NCBI GenBank assembly: GCA_018813905.1
Contig: JAHJAO010000086.1
Span: 702-64,701, forward strand
Source: Candidatus Omnitrophota bacterium
Lineage (GTDB): Bacteria; Omnitrophota; Gorgyraeia; B26-G9
Direction: 5' to 3'
Length of the DNA stretch: 64,000 nucleotides
Both the position numbers and the translations under genes were made by a program. Positions 1 to 11,137 of this stretch are shown here, piece by piece; the first letter of the stretch is position 1; each line of letters starts with the position of its first letter. The notes beneath the pieces are model-generated. The model was not told the DNA's origin and did no database searches. It was given only the letters and a program-made list of their open reading frames with translations.

Positions 1-394
1 AGCCTTTGGCGTCGGTATTTATATATCCTACCCCATCACCCATTTTCTTCACCGTGTTTACCGCGCCGGATATCCGGACATGAGAACCAACATCTATTGG
101 AGCTAAATTCTTAGAAAAATTTTTTTCAATTATTTCCCGCGCTCTGACTTTATGCGGAATGGTTATATTAAAACCTAAAATATCGCTTGTGCGATAAGGC
201 TTGCCTGTAATATCTTTTACTTCTATATCCTTCAGCAAAAAATCCTCCAGCTTTTCCGGTTTTACTTCGAACAATTCATACCGGGCATTAATACCGAGGC
301 GTTCAAACGCCGCGTTATGCATTGCCTTGGAAAAGCTGTGCTTTACCGGATAGCCGATGAGGCCGTATGTTTGGGGTGAGCTGGAATGTTTCAT
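1..394 (-). CDS. aroE: shikimate dehydrogenase (5' part; runs off window start)
   Basis: Manual translation from ATG at 394: MKHSSSPQTYGLIGYPVKHSFSKAMHNAAFERLG...GFNITIPHK...IGAVNT...NTDA, the AroE N-terminal motifs; not in ORF track because truncated. Confidence 0.93.
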   Translation of the reverse strand, partial: MKHSSSPQTYGLIGYPVKHSFSKAMHNAAFERLGINARYELFEVKPEKLEDFLLKDIEVKDITGKPYRTSDILGFNITIPHKVRAREIIEKNFSKNLAPIDVGSHVRISGAVNTVKKMGDGVGYINTDAKG

Positions 395-397
395 GTC

Positions 398-1936
398 CTA
401 CAATCTTATCCTGCGCGCGGCTTTGGTTTTGAACAAAAACCGGTTGATAACGTTAAGATACGCCTTGACGGAAGCTTCAATAATATCGGTGCTGGCAGCT
501 CTACCGGAAATCTCCTGCTTCGCCACCTTTAATTTTATATTCACTTCACCCAAAGCGTCTTTTCCGGAAGTTATCGCTTGAATGGAATAATCAATTAATT
601 TCGCCCGGATTTTGGTAATCTTTTCAATCGCCCTGTAGCAGGCATCCACCGGGCCGTCGCCGTAAGAGGTCGCCTCGTACGCCTTATTCTTCTTCCCAAG
701 GCAAACGGTGGCCTGCGGGTTGATTTGCGTGCCGCCGCAGAATTTAAAACTTTTAATCGCCCAAACCCGGGGCAGTTCTTTCATCTGTTCTTCCACGATA
801 GAAATCAAATCTTCCTCGAAAATCTCTTTTTTCTTATCCGCGAGCTTTTTGAACCGGCCAAACGCGTTTTCAAGCTGCTGCTTATTTAGTTTAAAGCCCA
901 ACAGTTTCAGCCGTTCAATTAGGGCGTGCCGGCCGGAATGTTTGCCCAGAACAAGCCCCTCTCCGTAAAAGCCGACATCTTCGGGCCGGATAATTTCATA
1001 GGTCTGTCTTTTTTTTAACACTCCGTCCTGATGAATTCCGGATTCGTGGCGGAAGGCATTACCTCCGACAATCGCCTTGTTCGGGGCGACAACAAAACCG
1101 GTTAACTTGCTCACCAGGCGGCTGGTTTTGTAAATCTGTTTTGTGTCGATACCAGTTGTTTTGCCTTCAAAAAATTCCTTTCGGGTATTCAAGCTCAAAA
1201 CAAGTTCTTCAAGCGCGGCGTTTCCCGCGCGTTCGCCGATGCCGTTGACCGTGCATTCTACTTGTCTTGCTCCGTTCTTTATCGCGCCTAGAGAATTCGC
1301 CACGGCCAGCCCTAAATCATTATGGCAGTGTACGGATATTATCGCCCGGGAAATATTGGGCACATTATTACAAATCGCCCGGATAAGTTCGCCGAACTCG
1401 CCCGGCTGCGCGTACCCTACGGTATCCGGGATATTCACCGTGGTCGCGCCGGCGTCAATTACCTCTTCAATAACGCGGAACAAAAACTCTCTTTCGGTGC
1501 GCGACGCATCCTCGGGTGAAAATTCGATATCGTTACAAAAACGGCGCGCGTACTTTACCGCCGCCTGCGCGATCTTTATTATTTCCGCCTCGGCCTTTTT
1601 CAATTTGTATTTCATGTGGATTTTGGAGGTGGCCAAAAATACGTGGATACGCTTTCTCTTTGCCGGCGCGAGCGCCGCGGCCGCGGCGTCAATATCTTTA
1701 TTCAAAGACCGCGCCAAACCGCAAATCGTCGCTCCCTTTACCCTTCGGGCGATCTGCTTAACCGAATCAAAATCACCGGGTGACGATACCGGAAATCCGG
1801 CCTCGATAATATCGACGCCCAGGCGCACCAATTGATGGGCAACTTCTATCTTCTCCTGAACGCTCAGACTTGCCCCCGGCGCCTGCTCGCCGTCTCTTAA
1901 TGTCGTATCAAATATATATATTCTCTCGCCAGCCAT
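398..1936 (-). CDS. leuA: 2-isopropylmalate synthase
   Basis: DTTLRDGEQ, HCHNDLG, GIGERAGN, HESGIHQDG motifs and C-terminal regulatory domain (GDGPVDA). Confidence 0.96.
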   Translation of the reverse strand: MAGERIYIFDTTLRDGEQAPGASLSVQEKIEVAHQLVRLGVDIIEAGFPVSSPGDFDSVKQIARRVKGATICGLARSLNKDIDAAAAALAPAKRKRIHVFLATSKIHMKYKLKKAEAEIIKIAQAAVKYARRFCNDIEFSPEDASRTEREFLFRVIEEVIDAGATTVNIPDTVGYAQPGEFGELIRAICNNVPNISRAIISVHCHNDLGLAVANSLGAIKNGARQVECTVNGIGERAGNAALEELVLSLNTRKEFFEGKTTGIDTKQIYKTSRLVSKLTGFVVAPNKAIVGGNAFRHESGIHQDGVLKKRQTYEIIRPEDVGFYGEGLVLGKHSGRHALIERLKLLGFKLNKQQLENAFGRFKKLADKKKEIFEEDLISIVEEQMKELPRVWAIKSFKFCGGTQINPQATVCLGKKNKAYEATSYGDGPVDACYRAIEKITKIRAKLIDYSIQAITSGKDALGEVNIKLKVAKQEISGRAASTDIIEASVKAYLNVINRFLFKTKAARRIRL

Positions 1937-1942
1937 TTTATT

Positions 1943-2962
<1,020 letters not shown>

Positions 2963-2973
2963 TTATTAACAAA

Positions 2974-4047
2974 TTATCTTTGTTCTTCTGCTCTCTTGAC
3001 TAACGTGTTTAATTCCTCTTCATCCAGCGTATGTTTTAATGCCTCGGCGTAACTGATTTTACCTTTTTCCACCAGCTCGCTTAAAGACTGGTTCATGGTT
3101 TTCATACCGTATTTTCTTCCCGTCTGAACCAGGGAATATATTTGATGGAGCTGGTTTTCCCGGATTAAATTTTGAATCGCCGGCATAACCGTCATCACTT
3201 CCGTCGCCAGGCACCGGCCGGTACCGCGCACGTCGGGAACAAGCTTTTGCACGAGCACGCCGATCAAGACCAAAGAAAGCTGTACTCTAATCTGCTGCTG
3301 CTGATAAGCCGGAAAAACATCCACGATCCGGGTAATAGAATGGGTACAGCTACCGGTATGCAGCGTCGCCAAAATCAGGTGCCCGGTTTCCGCCAGCGTC
3401 AACGCCGCCTGAATCGTTTCCAAATCTCTCATCTCGCCGATAACGACAATATCCGGATCCTGACGGAACACGTGCTTAAGCGCCTCCTGATATGAAAGCG
3501 TATCCGTTCCCAACTGCCTCTGGTTTATCGTGCTTAAATTGTGTTTATGCAAATACTCTATGGGGTCTTCGATCGCAATAATATGCGCGTGCCTTTTCTT
3601 GTTTATATAATTTATTATCGCCGCCTGCGTGGTTGATTTACCGCTGCCGGTCGCGCCGGTTATCAATACTAAGCCGCTGGGCTTATCCGCATAGTCTTTT
3701 ACAATCTCCGGCAGCGTCAATTCTTCAATCGTCGGGATGCGAAACGGAATAACTCTCGCGGCCATGGCAATAGAATCGCGCTGGTAATAGAGATTTATGC
3801 GGAACCGGCTGAGGTCACGAATCCCCCAGGAAAAATCCAGCTCTTTTTCCCGTTCAAACCGTTCAATCTGCTCTTTTGTCAATATATCGTAACACATGCT
3901 TTTAATATCTTGCGGCGAAAGCGGCTCAAAATCGGTATAAATAAGGTTACCCGCTACTCGCAACTGCGGCGCAATACCAACGGTAAGATGCAGGTCCGAA
4001 GCTCCCTTTTCTACGATTAACCGCAAAAGCTGTTCGATATTCAGCAT
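2974..4047 (-). CDS. pilT: type IV pilus retraction ATPase PilT family
   Basis: ASDLHL, Walker A GATGSGKST, EDPIE, GEMRD, GHLILATLH, AIQNLIRE (AIRNLIRE-like), GMKTMNQ. Confidence 0.93.
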   Translation of the reverse strand: MLNIEQLLRLIVEKGASDLHLTVGIAPQLRVAGNLIYTDFEPLSPQDIKSMCYDILTKEQIERFEREKELDFSWGIRDLSRFRINLYYQRDSIAMAARVIPFRIPTIEELTLPEIVKDYADKPSGLVLITGATGSGKSTTQAAIINYINKKRHAHIIAIEDPIEYLHKHNLSTINQRQLGTDTLSYQEALKHVFRQDPDIVVIGEMRDLETIQAALTLAETGHLILATLHTGSCTHSITRIVDVFPAYQQQQIRVQLSLVLIGVLVQKLVPDVRGTGRCLATEVMTVMPAIQNLIRENQLHQIYSLVQTGRKYGMKTMNQSLSELVEKGKISYAEALKHTLDEEELNTLVKRAEEQR

Positions 4048-4076
4048 TTTATACCCCGTGCAAATATAAGCAATTT

Positions 4077-4550
4077 TTATTTAGCGATCGCCACGCGGCC
4101 GGTCCGGACAAGTTCACAAATCTTCATCCCGCCTAAAGCCGCAAGCAGCGCGCTGATTTCATCTTTATCGCCGACGGCTTCGATAACCGCCTTTTTGCCC
4201 TCATAAGATAAAACCTTCGCGGAAAATTTATCCGTTAACTTATGCAGTTTTTGTTTGGAGCAGGAAGAGGAATCAACCTTTATCAACACCAGTTCCCGTT
4301 CAAAAAACCCTTTCTTGGTCAAATCTTCCACGCTAATAACATCAATCAGTTTATGCAGCTGTTTTTTTATCTGCTCCAGAATCCGTTCGTCTTTCGCGTC
4401 GACAATTATGGTCATACGCGAGATGGTCGGGTCATGCGTTTCGCCTACCGCTAATGAATCAATATTAAAGGCGCGGGCGCTGAACAGGCCGGATATGCGC
4501 GCAAGCACTCCGGGCCGGTTTTCAACCAAGGCAAAAATTGTGTGTTTCAT
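4077..4550 (-). CDS. ilvN: acetolactate synthase small (regulatory) subunit
   Basis: ENRPGVLARISGLF, FNIDSLAVG, ELVRTG; ATG at 4550 with AGGAG upstream. Confidence 0.95.
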   Translation of the reverse strand: MKHTIFALVENRPGVLARISGLFSARAFNIDSLAVGETHDPTISRMTIIVDAKDERILEQIKKQLHKLIDVISVEDLTKKGFFERELVLIKVDSSSCSKQKLHKLTDKFSAKVLSYEGKKAVIEAVGDKDEISALLAALGGMKICELVRTGRVAIAK

Positions 4551-4569
4551 TATTATCTCTCCTGCTAAC

Positions 4570-6243
4570 TTATGCCATTCCGCCAATCATTCTATTTATC
4601 GCTTCACCCGCCGGAACCATGGGAAAAACATTTTCTTCCTCTTCCACAACAAAGTCGATAAACACCACATTCGGCGCGGCGATCGCCTCTTCAATTGCTT
4701 TTTCTACGTCCTGCTTTTTCTCGACGCGGAGACCTAACGCCCCGTAACTTTCGGCCAGTTTCACAAAATCCGGGTTCAGCAGCTTTGTATGCGAATACCT
4801 CTTTTTATAAAACAGCTCCTGCCATTGCCGCACCATGCCCAGATACCCGTTATTGAGAATAGCGACTTTAACATTAATTTTGCTCGCAATGGCGGTGGCG
4901 AGTTCCTGGATATTCATTTGAATCGAGCCGTCGCCGGCGATATCAAACACTACCTTATCCGGCCGGCCGATTTTCGCGCCGATAGCGGCCGGGAATCCGT
5001 AGCCCATGGTCCCCAACCCGCCGGAAGAGATGAACGTACGCGGCTTGGTATATGTATAATACTGGGCCGCCCACATCTGGTTCTGGCCCACTTCCGTACA
5101 GATAATCGCGTCTCCCTTGGTTGCTTTATAAATCTGCTCGACCGCATACTGCGGAGTTATTTTATCCCCTTTATCTTTATAGGTGAGCGGGTAACGCCGC
5201 TTCCATTCCCTAATCCGCTCAAGCCATTCTTTTGTCTGTCCCGCTTTTACCAGGCGATTCAGTTTAACCAATACGTTTTTAACATCGCCCACGATGGGAA
5301 CATGCACATGCACGTTCTTGCTTATCGCGGTGGGGTCGATATCGATATGGATAATTTTTGCGTGCGGCGCGAATTCGTCAATCTTACCGGTTACGCGGTC
5401 GTCAAAACGCGCGCCAATAGCAATAATCAAATCGCTTTCCATAACCGCATGGTTGGCGTAGACCGTTCCGTGCATGCCCAGCATCCCTAAGGACAAATCA
5501 TTATCCTCGGGGAATCCGCCCAGGCCCATTAACGTCGTCGTCACCGGCGCTTGAACCTTTATCGCCAGCTCCAACAGCTCTTCGGACGCGCCGCTGATAA
5601 TCACCCCGCCCCCGGCATAGATTATCGGCCGCTTGCTCTGATTGATTAATTTAGCCGCTTTTTTTATCTGGCCCGGATGGCCTTCGAGCGTCGGCTGGTA
5701 AGAACGGATACACACCGTATGCGGATAATTAAATTCCGCCAACTGCATCTGTACGTCTACCGGCACATCAATCACCACCGGCCCCGGCCGGCCGGTAGAA
5801 GCGATATGAAACGCTTCCTTAATCGTGCAGGCCAGTTCGGATATATCTTTCACCAGATAGTTATGCTTGGTTATCGGCCGGGTTATGCCCGTAACATCCG
5901 CTTCCTGAAAAGCATCATTGCCGATGAGGAATGTTTTTACCTGGCCCGTTATTGCCACCATCGGTATTGAATCCATATGCGCCGTAGCCAGTCCCGTTAC
6001 CAGATTCGTCGCGCCCGGGCCAGAGGTAGCAATACAAACGCCCACTTTACCGGTCGCGCGCGCATATCCGTCGGCGGCATGCGCCGCGCCCTGTTCATGC
6101 CGGACAAGCACAAAATCCAAAGGCGCATCGTAGAGCGCGTCAAACAGCGGCAATACCGAACCGCCGGGAAATCCAAAAACCACGCGCACACCTTCTTTAA
6201 GCAGAGATTCAATCAGAATCTGCGCTCCGTTTTTCTTTTCCAT
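4570..6243 (-). CDS. ilvB: acetolactate synthase large subunit, biosynthetic type
   Basis: [32 protein letters not shown]...[12 protein letters not shown] ThDP motif. Confidence 0.97.
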   Translation of the reverse strand: MEKKNGAQILIESLLKEGVRVVFGFPGGSVLPLFDALYDAPLDFVLVRHEQGAAHAADGYARATGKVGVCIATSGPGATNLVTGLATAHMDSIPMVAITGQVKTFLIGNDAFQEADVTGITRPITKHNYLVKDISELACTIKEAFHIASTGRPGPVVIDVPVDVQMQLAEFNYPHTVCIRSYQPTLEGHPGQIKKAAKLINQSKRPIIYAGGGVIISGASEELLELAIKVQAPVTTTLMGLGGFPEDNDLSLGMLGMHGTVYANHAVMESDLIIAIGARFDDRVTGKIDEFAPHAKIIHIDIDPTAISKNVHVHVPIVGDVKNVLVKLNRLVKAGQTKEWLERIREWKRRYPLTYKDKGDKITPQYAVEQIYKATKGDAIICTEVGQNQMWAAQYYTYTKPRTFISSGGLGTMGYGFPAAIGAKIGRPDKVVFDIAGDGSIQMNIQELATAIASKINVKVAILNNGYLGMVRQWQELFYKKRYSHTKLLNPDFVKLAESYGALGLRVEKKQDVEKAIEEAIAAPNVVFIDFVVEEEENVFPMVPAGEAINRMIGGMA

Positions 6244-6254
6244 AACCTATTTCC

Positions 6255-7919
6255 TTATTTTTCCAGTACCGCACCGAAACTGGCGGAACTAACCATTTTA
6301 GCGTAGCGTTTTAACCAGCCCTTGTTAATTTTAGGAGCGGGGTGCCTGACTTTTTTTAAGCGCTGGAATAAATCGTGCTTGGTGATTAATAATTCCAGCT
6401 TTCTCCTTTTTATATCGATAAGGATCCGGTCCCCGTTTTTAATCGCCGAAATCGGCCCGTCGGACGCGGCTTCCGGAGAAATATGGCCAATGCACGGCCC
6501 GCGCGTACCGCCGGAAAACCGTCCGTCGGTAATTAAAGCCACATCCTGCGCCAGCCCCATACCCATAATCGCGGCCGTGGGCGCAAGCATTTCTCTCATG
6601 CCCGGGCCTCCTTTGGGCCCTTCATACCGCACAACCAGCACCGACCCTTTCCTCACCCGGCCGGCTAAAATATCTTTCATCACCGCTTCTTCGCTGTTAT
6701 ACACGCAAGCCCGGCCCTTAAAGCACATCATTTTCCGGCTCACGGCCGTCTGCTTTACGACCGCGCCTTCCGGCGCCAGATTCCCGAACAGTATCGCCAT
6801 ACCGCCTTCTTGATGGTAAGCGCGTTTAAGCGGCCGGATAACATCCTCATCAAAAATCTCCGCTTCCGCGGCAATCTGCTTTATTTTCTTTCCGGAAACC
6901 GTAAGGTTGTCCTGCAGTTTTTCCTTCAAGCGTTTTAACACCGCGGGTATTCCGCCGGCAAATTCCAAGTCCTCCATAAAATATTCCCCGCCCGGACGTA
7001 AATCCGTAATATGCGGAGTGGACTTGCTGATCTGGTCAAACCGGCCTAAAGACAAGTCGATATTGCATTCGTTCGCAATCGCCAGAAGATGCAAAATCGT
7101 ATTGCTCGAACCGCCCAAAGCCATATCCACGCGGATAGCGTTTTCCAGAGATTTCTTGTTCATGATCTTTAACGCGCTTGTTTTATTTTTTACAAGCTGG
7201 ACAATTCTCTCCCCGCTCGCCTGCGCGATCCGTTTTTTCTTCGCCATGCCCGCAAGCCCCGTCGCGCACCCCGGCAGCGACATGCCCATGGCTTCGGTAA
7301 TACAGGCCATGGTATTCGCCGTATATAATCCCTGACACGAGCCCTGGCCCGGGCAGGCCTCCATCTCCAGGCACGAAAGCTCCTTGTTTGTAATCTCGCC
7401 CTTTTTTGCTTTTGCCAAAGCCTCGAACGTATCCCGCACAAAAGATAACCGCTTCATCTTGTACCGGCCGGATAACATCGGGCCGGCGGTAACGATTATC
7501 ACCGGGATATCCAACCGGGCCGCGGCCATAAGCATCGCCGGCGTTATCTTATCGCAATTAGTCAGGCAAACCAGCCCGTCGACACAATGCGCTTTGACCA
7601 CGGACTCGATACAGTCCGCGATTAACTCCCGCGACGCCAGCGGATAATGCATGCCCTCATGCCCCATGGCAATACCGTCACATATTCCCGGCACGCCAAA
7701 GAAAAACGGCACTCCGCCCTGGCTGCAAATACCGCGTTCGATAAACCGTTCCAAATCCCGCATGCCCACATGTCCGGGTATAAAATCGCTAAAAGAAGTA
7801 GCTACGGCAATAAAGGGCTTATTCATGTCCGGCCGGGAAATCCCCGTACCGAACAAAAGCGCCCGGTGCGGAGCACGTTCATACCCTTTGGTTATCTTTT
7901 CGCTTTTTAACATCATCAT
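6255..7919 (-). CDS. ilvD: dihydroxy-acid dehydratase
   Basis: [39 protein letters not shown] motifs; exact start among three tandem ATGs uncertain. Confidence 0.96.
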   Translation of the reverse strand: MMMLKSEKITKGYERAPHRALLFGTGISRPDMNKPFIAVATSFSDFIPGHVGMRDLERFIERGICSQGGVPFFFGVPGICDGIAMGHEGMHYPLASRELIADCIESVVKAHCVDGLVCLTNCDKITPAMLMAAARLDIPVIIVTAGPMLSGRYKMKRLSFVRDTFEALAKAKKGEITNKELSCLEMEACPGQGSCQGLYTANTMACITEAMGMSLPGCATGLAGMAKKKRIAQASGERIVQLVKNKTSALKIMNKKSLENAIRVDMALGGSSNTILHLLAIANECNIDLSLGRFDQISKSTPHITDLRPGGEYFMEDLEFAGGIPAVLKRLKEKLQDNLTVSGKKIKQIAAEAEIFDEDVIRPLKRAYHQEGGMAILFGNLAPEGAVVKQTAVSRKMMCFKGRACVYNSEEAVMKDILAGRVRKGSVLVVRYEGPKGGPGMREMLAPTAAIMGMGLAQDVALITDGRFSGGTRGPCIGHISPEAASDGPISAIKNGDRILIDIKRRKLELLITKHDLFQRLKKVRHPAPKINKGWLKRYAKMVSSASFGAVLEK

Positions 7920-7967
7920 AACCACCCCTTTTTTTAAAAAGATATAACGCCTTAAATAGAGTACCGA

Positions 7968-8783
7968 TTACTGATTAACCAGGATATTTATCTTGCCAAT
8001 TTTCTCGGTTAGCGCCTCTAAAGCCGTCCCGATAACCATGCCCGGCATAATTTCCTCTATCCCGGCGCGCATTGCGTGCCCGGGCAAAGACGACGTAACC
8101 AGCAAATCCCCTTTTTGTATGGGCCCGTTTTCCGCGGTTACCTTGCAGGAAACAATCCCGGCCAGGGCCACGGCTTGACTGTCCGCAGCCGCACCTAAGA
8201 GCAGCCGGGGATTTTCGGAAATCACGCCCGCAACTTTCGTGTCAAATTTATGTACAGAACGGGTTACGGTCAGCTCTTCCTGCTCGCTGATGACCACGAC
8301 ATCGGCAACAGCCGCTTCTTTCGCCCGCATGCCTTCGGCAATATCATATACGTGTTTTCCCGCAATCGGCGGAGAATTCGTATCCGGAGGAAAGCCTTCC
8401 ATTGTAATCCTATTCGCGGTCGTCAAGTTAAGCAATTGCCCATTTCCGGTATAGAAGTCAATACTGTAAGCGCCCGAGCCCACTCCGGCAGAACTGATAT
8501 TGGTCATATCAATACCGCCCGCACAAGTAAGCGCGTATAAGTACGAGCGGCCAGCCGGGTCAAGATAATATGCGGCATTCTCCAGGTCCTGAAAAATATG
8601 TGTTCTTATTTTATTATAAGCCGCAACTGCATACTGAATCCTGTATGTTTTTATGGCAATTGTTTTCTGGCTTCCGGCTTGCGCAAAACAAACCGGGTCC
8701 GTTATAACCCACTCTATGCCTAAGGCGATAAATAATACGATAAATATCCGATACATTATATGCTTTTTTACTGCTCTTTTCAT
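7968..8783 (-). CDS. secreted protein with C-terminal peptidase G2-like / intramolecular-chaperone-like domain (fibre-like adhesin candidate 2)
   Basis: Hydrophobic signal ending CFA-QA; YYLDPAGRS motif; YDIAE followed by VAGVISE, ALAG.V.CKV, GDLLVTSS, IGTAL; paralogue of the adjacent gene. Confidence 0.6.
   Translation of the reverse strand: MKRAVKKHIMYRIFIVLFIALGIEWVITDPVCFAQAGSQKTIAIKTYRIQYAVAAYNKIRTHIFQDLENAAYYLDPAGRSYLYALTCAGGIDMTNISSAGVGSGAYSIDFYTGNGQLLNLTTANRITMEGFPPDTNSPPIAGKHVYDIAEGMRAKEAAVADVVVISEQEELTVTRSVHKFDTKVAGVISENPRLLLGAAADSQAVALAGIVSCKVTAENGPIQKGDLLVTSSLPGHAMRAGIEEIMPGMVIGTALEALTEKIGKINILVNQ
8334..8372. repeat. 39-bp exact direct repeat, copy 1 (encodes PPIAGKHVYDIAE on minus strand)
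   Basis: ttcggcaatatcatatacgtgttttcccgcaatcggcgg, identical to 9149-9187. Confidence 0.95.
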
Positions 8784-9598
8784 TGCTTATTTACCAGGAT
8801 AAATATTTTTCCTTTGCCTTCTGTATGCGGCTGTAACGCCTTGCCCAGCAGCATACCCGGTTTTATCTGCCCGGCCGCGGCGCGCATAGCATACCCGGCT
8901 AAAGATGAAGTTACCAGCAAATCTCCGTTTTTAATCGGCCCGTTCTCGGCGGTTACCTTGCATTTAACAATACCTGCCAACGCCAGCGGCAGCTCTCCTT
9001 CGCCTTGGCCCAGGCATAACTTTGGGTCCTCGGAAATGACCCCGGCAACGCGAGTATCATACGGGATTTGAGACCTGGCCAGGACACAGTCTTTGTCCTG
9101 GCTGATAACGACGGTATCGCCGGGCTGGCAATCCTTCGCGCTGATAGATTCGGCAATATCATATACGTGTTTTCCCGCAATCGGCGGGTTTGTGCCTCCC
9201 GGAGTTGCGGCGCCCATGGTAATCCTGTTTTGCACGGTCAAATTATTCAAGTACGCTCCGCCGCTTGAGAAATTAATACTGTATCCAGAAGCAGTTGATC
9301 CGATCATCGGCGTGTTAATGCCCGTAGCTATCTGAAGCTCCCGCATTTGGCTTGTGCCGTTGGGGTCAACCTTATAAGCCTGGTCGTCATAATCAAGCAG
9401 TACTCTTGCCTTTAAAGTAGTAAACTCGCCGAACGGAAACGGGTAAAACGTGGTTAAGGTAATCTGTTCCGGCGGGGATTGGGATATTGCCGATACCGAA
9501 TAGATAAGTAAACCCGCCAATACCAGCACAAAAAAAAGCAGCACATATTCCCAATTAACTTTTTTCGTGTTTTCGCGCGTTTGTTTAATTATGGACAT
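8780..9598 (-). CDS. secreted/anchored protein with C-terminal peptidase G2-like / intramolecular-chaperone-like domain (fibre-like adhesin candidate 1)
   Basis: ATG at 9598 with AGGAGG; hydrophobic segment then EQITLTTFYPFPFG; YKVDPNGTS; YDIAE plus same C-terminal domain as 7968-8783. Confidence 0.6.
   Translation of the reverse strand: MSIIKQTRENTKKVNWEYVLLFFVLVLAGLLIYSVSAISQSPPEQITLTTFYPFPFGEFTTLKARVLLDYDDQAYKVDPNGTSQMRELQIATGINTPMIGSTASGYSINFSSGGAYLNNLTVQNRITMGAATPGGTNPPIAGKHVYDIAESISAKDCQPGDTVVISQDKDCVLARSQIPYDTRVAGVISEDPKLCLGQGEGELPLALAGIVKCKVTAENGPIKNGDLLVTSSLAGYAMRAAAGQIKPGMLLGKALQPHTEGKGKIFILVNKQ
9149..9187. repeat. 39-bp exact direct repeat, copy 2
   Basis: Identical to 8334-8372. 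Confidence 0.95.
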
Positions 9599-9678
9599 AA
9601 ATATCCGCCTCCTGAACTTTAAAATTAAACAGCTGTTTTCAAAGCCAACCCGCGTTTTATCTATTTCTTCCGGCAAAA

Positions 9679-10011
9679 TTACCGCCAGTTAGACACGATT
9701 GCCGTTATCCTCAACCCGGAAGGCACGTTTTCCTGGGCCAAGCTCACCTGGAGCCAATTGCCGACACCAAATAAATATTCGAGATTGAAACTATCGGTAC
9801 ACGCGGTACCGTTATAAAGCTCGGTAATACGGTGAACCAGGCCCGCTTCGGCGGCATAATAGCCCTGGGCGTGGTTGAGCTGATACACTACGGCTTGATT
9901 AAAACCGGCGGCGTAATACATAATCGCCACCGCGCAAATCGAAACCACCCCGATATAAACAAAGACCATAATCATCGCCTGCGCTCGGTTATTCTTATCC
10001 AACTTTTTCAT
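9679..10011 (-). CDS. PilX/GspK-like minor pilin
   Basis: Basic leader, RA|QAMIMV hydrophobic helix lacking Glu5, and PilX N-terminal-type motif QGYYAAEAGL; follows two Glu5 pilins. Confidence 0.72.
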   Translation of the reverse strand: MKKLDKNNRAQAMIMVFVYIGVVSICAVAIMYYAAGFNQAVVYQLNHAQGYYAAEAGLVHRITELYNGTACTDSFNLEYLFGVGNWLQVSLAQENVPSGLRITAIVSNWR

Positions 10012-10030
10012 TTTTAACTCGTATCTTTTT

Positions 10031-10072
10031 AACTTATAACTTATAATTTGTAATTTATAACTCTAAATTTCA
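10031..10072. repeat. degenerate 7-bp tandem tract (6 units)
   Basis: aacttat aacttat aatttgt aatttat aactcta aatttca. Confidence 0.75.
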
Positions 10073-10807
10073 CCAGTTATCATTAGTAGGTCCGCCGGCC
10101 CAGGGTTCGCAGGTATCTGCAGGCGCGCACCTTAAATTCAAAACCGTATATATCTTGGCTACAGTGTATTCACCGGACACCGGCTCAAGGACTTTACCTG
10201 TAACCTCTAATTCCACCATCAACGCATTAAAACTGATTTTACGAAAATCCAGTTTGCTCACGTTTCGGGCAACGACAAAACCAGCGCTCTGGTTCGGCGC
10301 AATCGGCCCAATTGCGCTCTCGATACGAATTTCTCCCGTACTTGAATGGTATTGAATAAGTGTTATCTGATCATCGGTATAATCATCGGCCTGGGGGTCA
10401 ACCGCCGGGCCTAAAAAATCCGGCTGCTCGTCCTGGCGCAGGTATAAACAAACCGGATCATACCCGCCCCACCAGCTACTCGATATAATCTCAGTTCCCA
10501 AGGTCGGCATATCGGGGAAAGCGCTTAAATCCGTACCGCCGGCACTATAAACACTATTGGCCGGCGGAGACCAGGTTGGGCCCTGCACCCAGCCGTAGCG
10601 GTTCGCCTTCATTACTTCCTGGCTGATTGCCTTCATTGCCGATTGGGCGTTAGAATAAACCGTAAACGCGTCCTGCATAAACCGCAGGGAATTCAAAGCA
10701 AAATAAAAAATCACGCCGGTCGCGACCAGTAAAACCATCATGATTACCGCGCCGATTTGCAGCTCGATTAACGTCAATCCTTTTTGTCTATTATGCTTAT
10801 TGATCAT
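10070..10807 (-). CDS. type IV minor pilin, PilW-like (prepilin N-terminal cleavage/methylation motif)
   Basis: RQKG|LTLIELQIG class III signal with Glu5, hydrophobic helix, SAMKAISQEVMKA, VVARNVSKLDF. Confidence 0.8.
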   Translation of the reverse strand: MINKHNRQKGLTLIELQIGAVIMMVLLVATGVIFYFALNSLRFMQDAFTVYSNAQSAMKAISQEVMKANRYGWVQGPTWSPPANSVYSAGGTDLSAFPDMPTLGTEIISSSWWGGYDPVCLYLRQDEQPDFLGPAVDPQADDYTDDQITLIQYHSSTGEIRIESAIGPIAPNQSAGFVVARNVSKLDFRKISFNALMVELEVTGKVLEPVSGEYTVAKIYTVLNLRCAPADTCEPWAGGPTNDNW

Positions 10808-11115
10808 TATTCTGTCCAGTTAACATTTACCGTAACCAACTGCATGGCTCCTAAATTGGTTACAGTTTCCGGGCGGGTAGCGTTTTTTGAGATCGTTATT
10901 GCGCTCGGTAAATTCTGTGTAAGACACCCCGCCCTTATTTCTTCTAATCTCGCCTGCGCCCAGAATACGGCCATGGATTTATGAAAACCCATGGCCACGA
11001 CATCGCGTGAATTCTTATACACCGCGAATAATCCGGCCAAAAGTATGGTCAAAATCATCGCGGAAATAATAACCTCAATAAGCGATAACCCCTTACAATT
11101 TAACAACTTCTTCAT
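10807..11115 (-). CDS. type IV minor pilin, PilV-like
   Basis: CKG|LSLIEVIISAMIL class III signal with Glu5; AQARLEEIRA and terminal VTVNVNW typical of PilV/GspI-like pilins. Confidence 0.8.
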   Translation of the reverse strand: MKKLLNCKGLSLIEVIISAMILTILLAGLFAVYKNSRDVVAMGFHKSMAVFWAQARLEEIRAGCLTQNLPSAITISKNATRPETVTNLGAMQLVTVNVNWTE

Positions 11116-11137
11116 AAAAAAAACCTCTAGACGTTAA

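Noticed and set aside
1143-1835. Long plus-strand ORFs (also 4789-5490, 51126-51728, 52264-52998, 53469-54065)
   Set aside because: Antisense shadows of conserved minus-strand genes (leuA, ilvB, rplC, tuf, fusA) with no recognisable motifs
9599-9676. N-terminal 26-codon extension of the 298-aa ORF and a 12-bp palindrome aaacagctgttt at 9627-9638
   Set aside because: ATG at 9598 has a clear AGGAGG so the extension is probably not translated; one 12-bp palindrome is not significant in 64 kb
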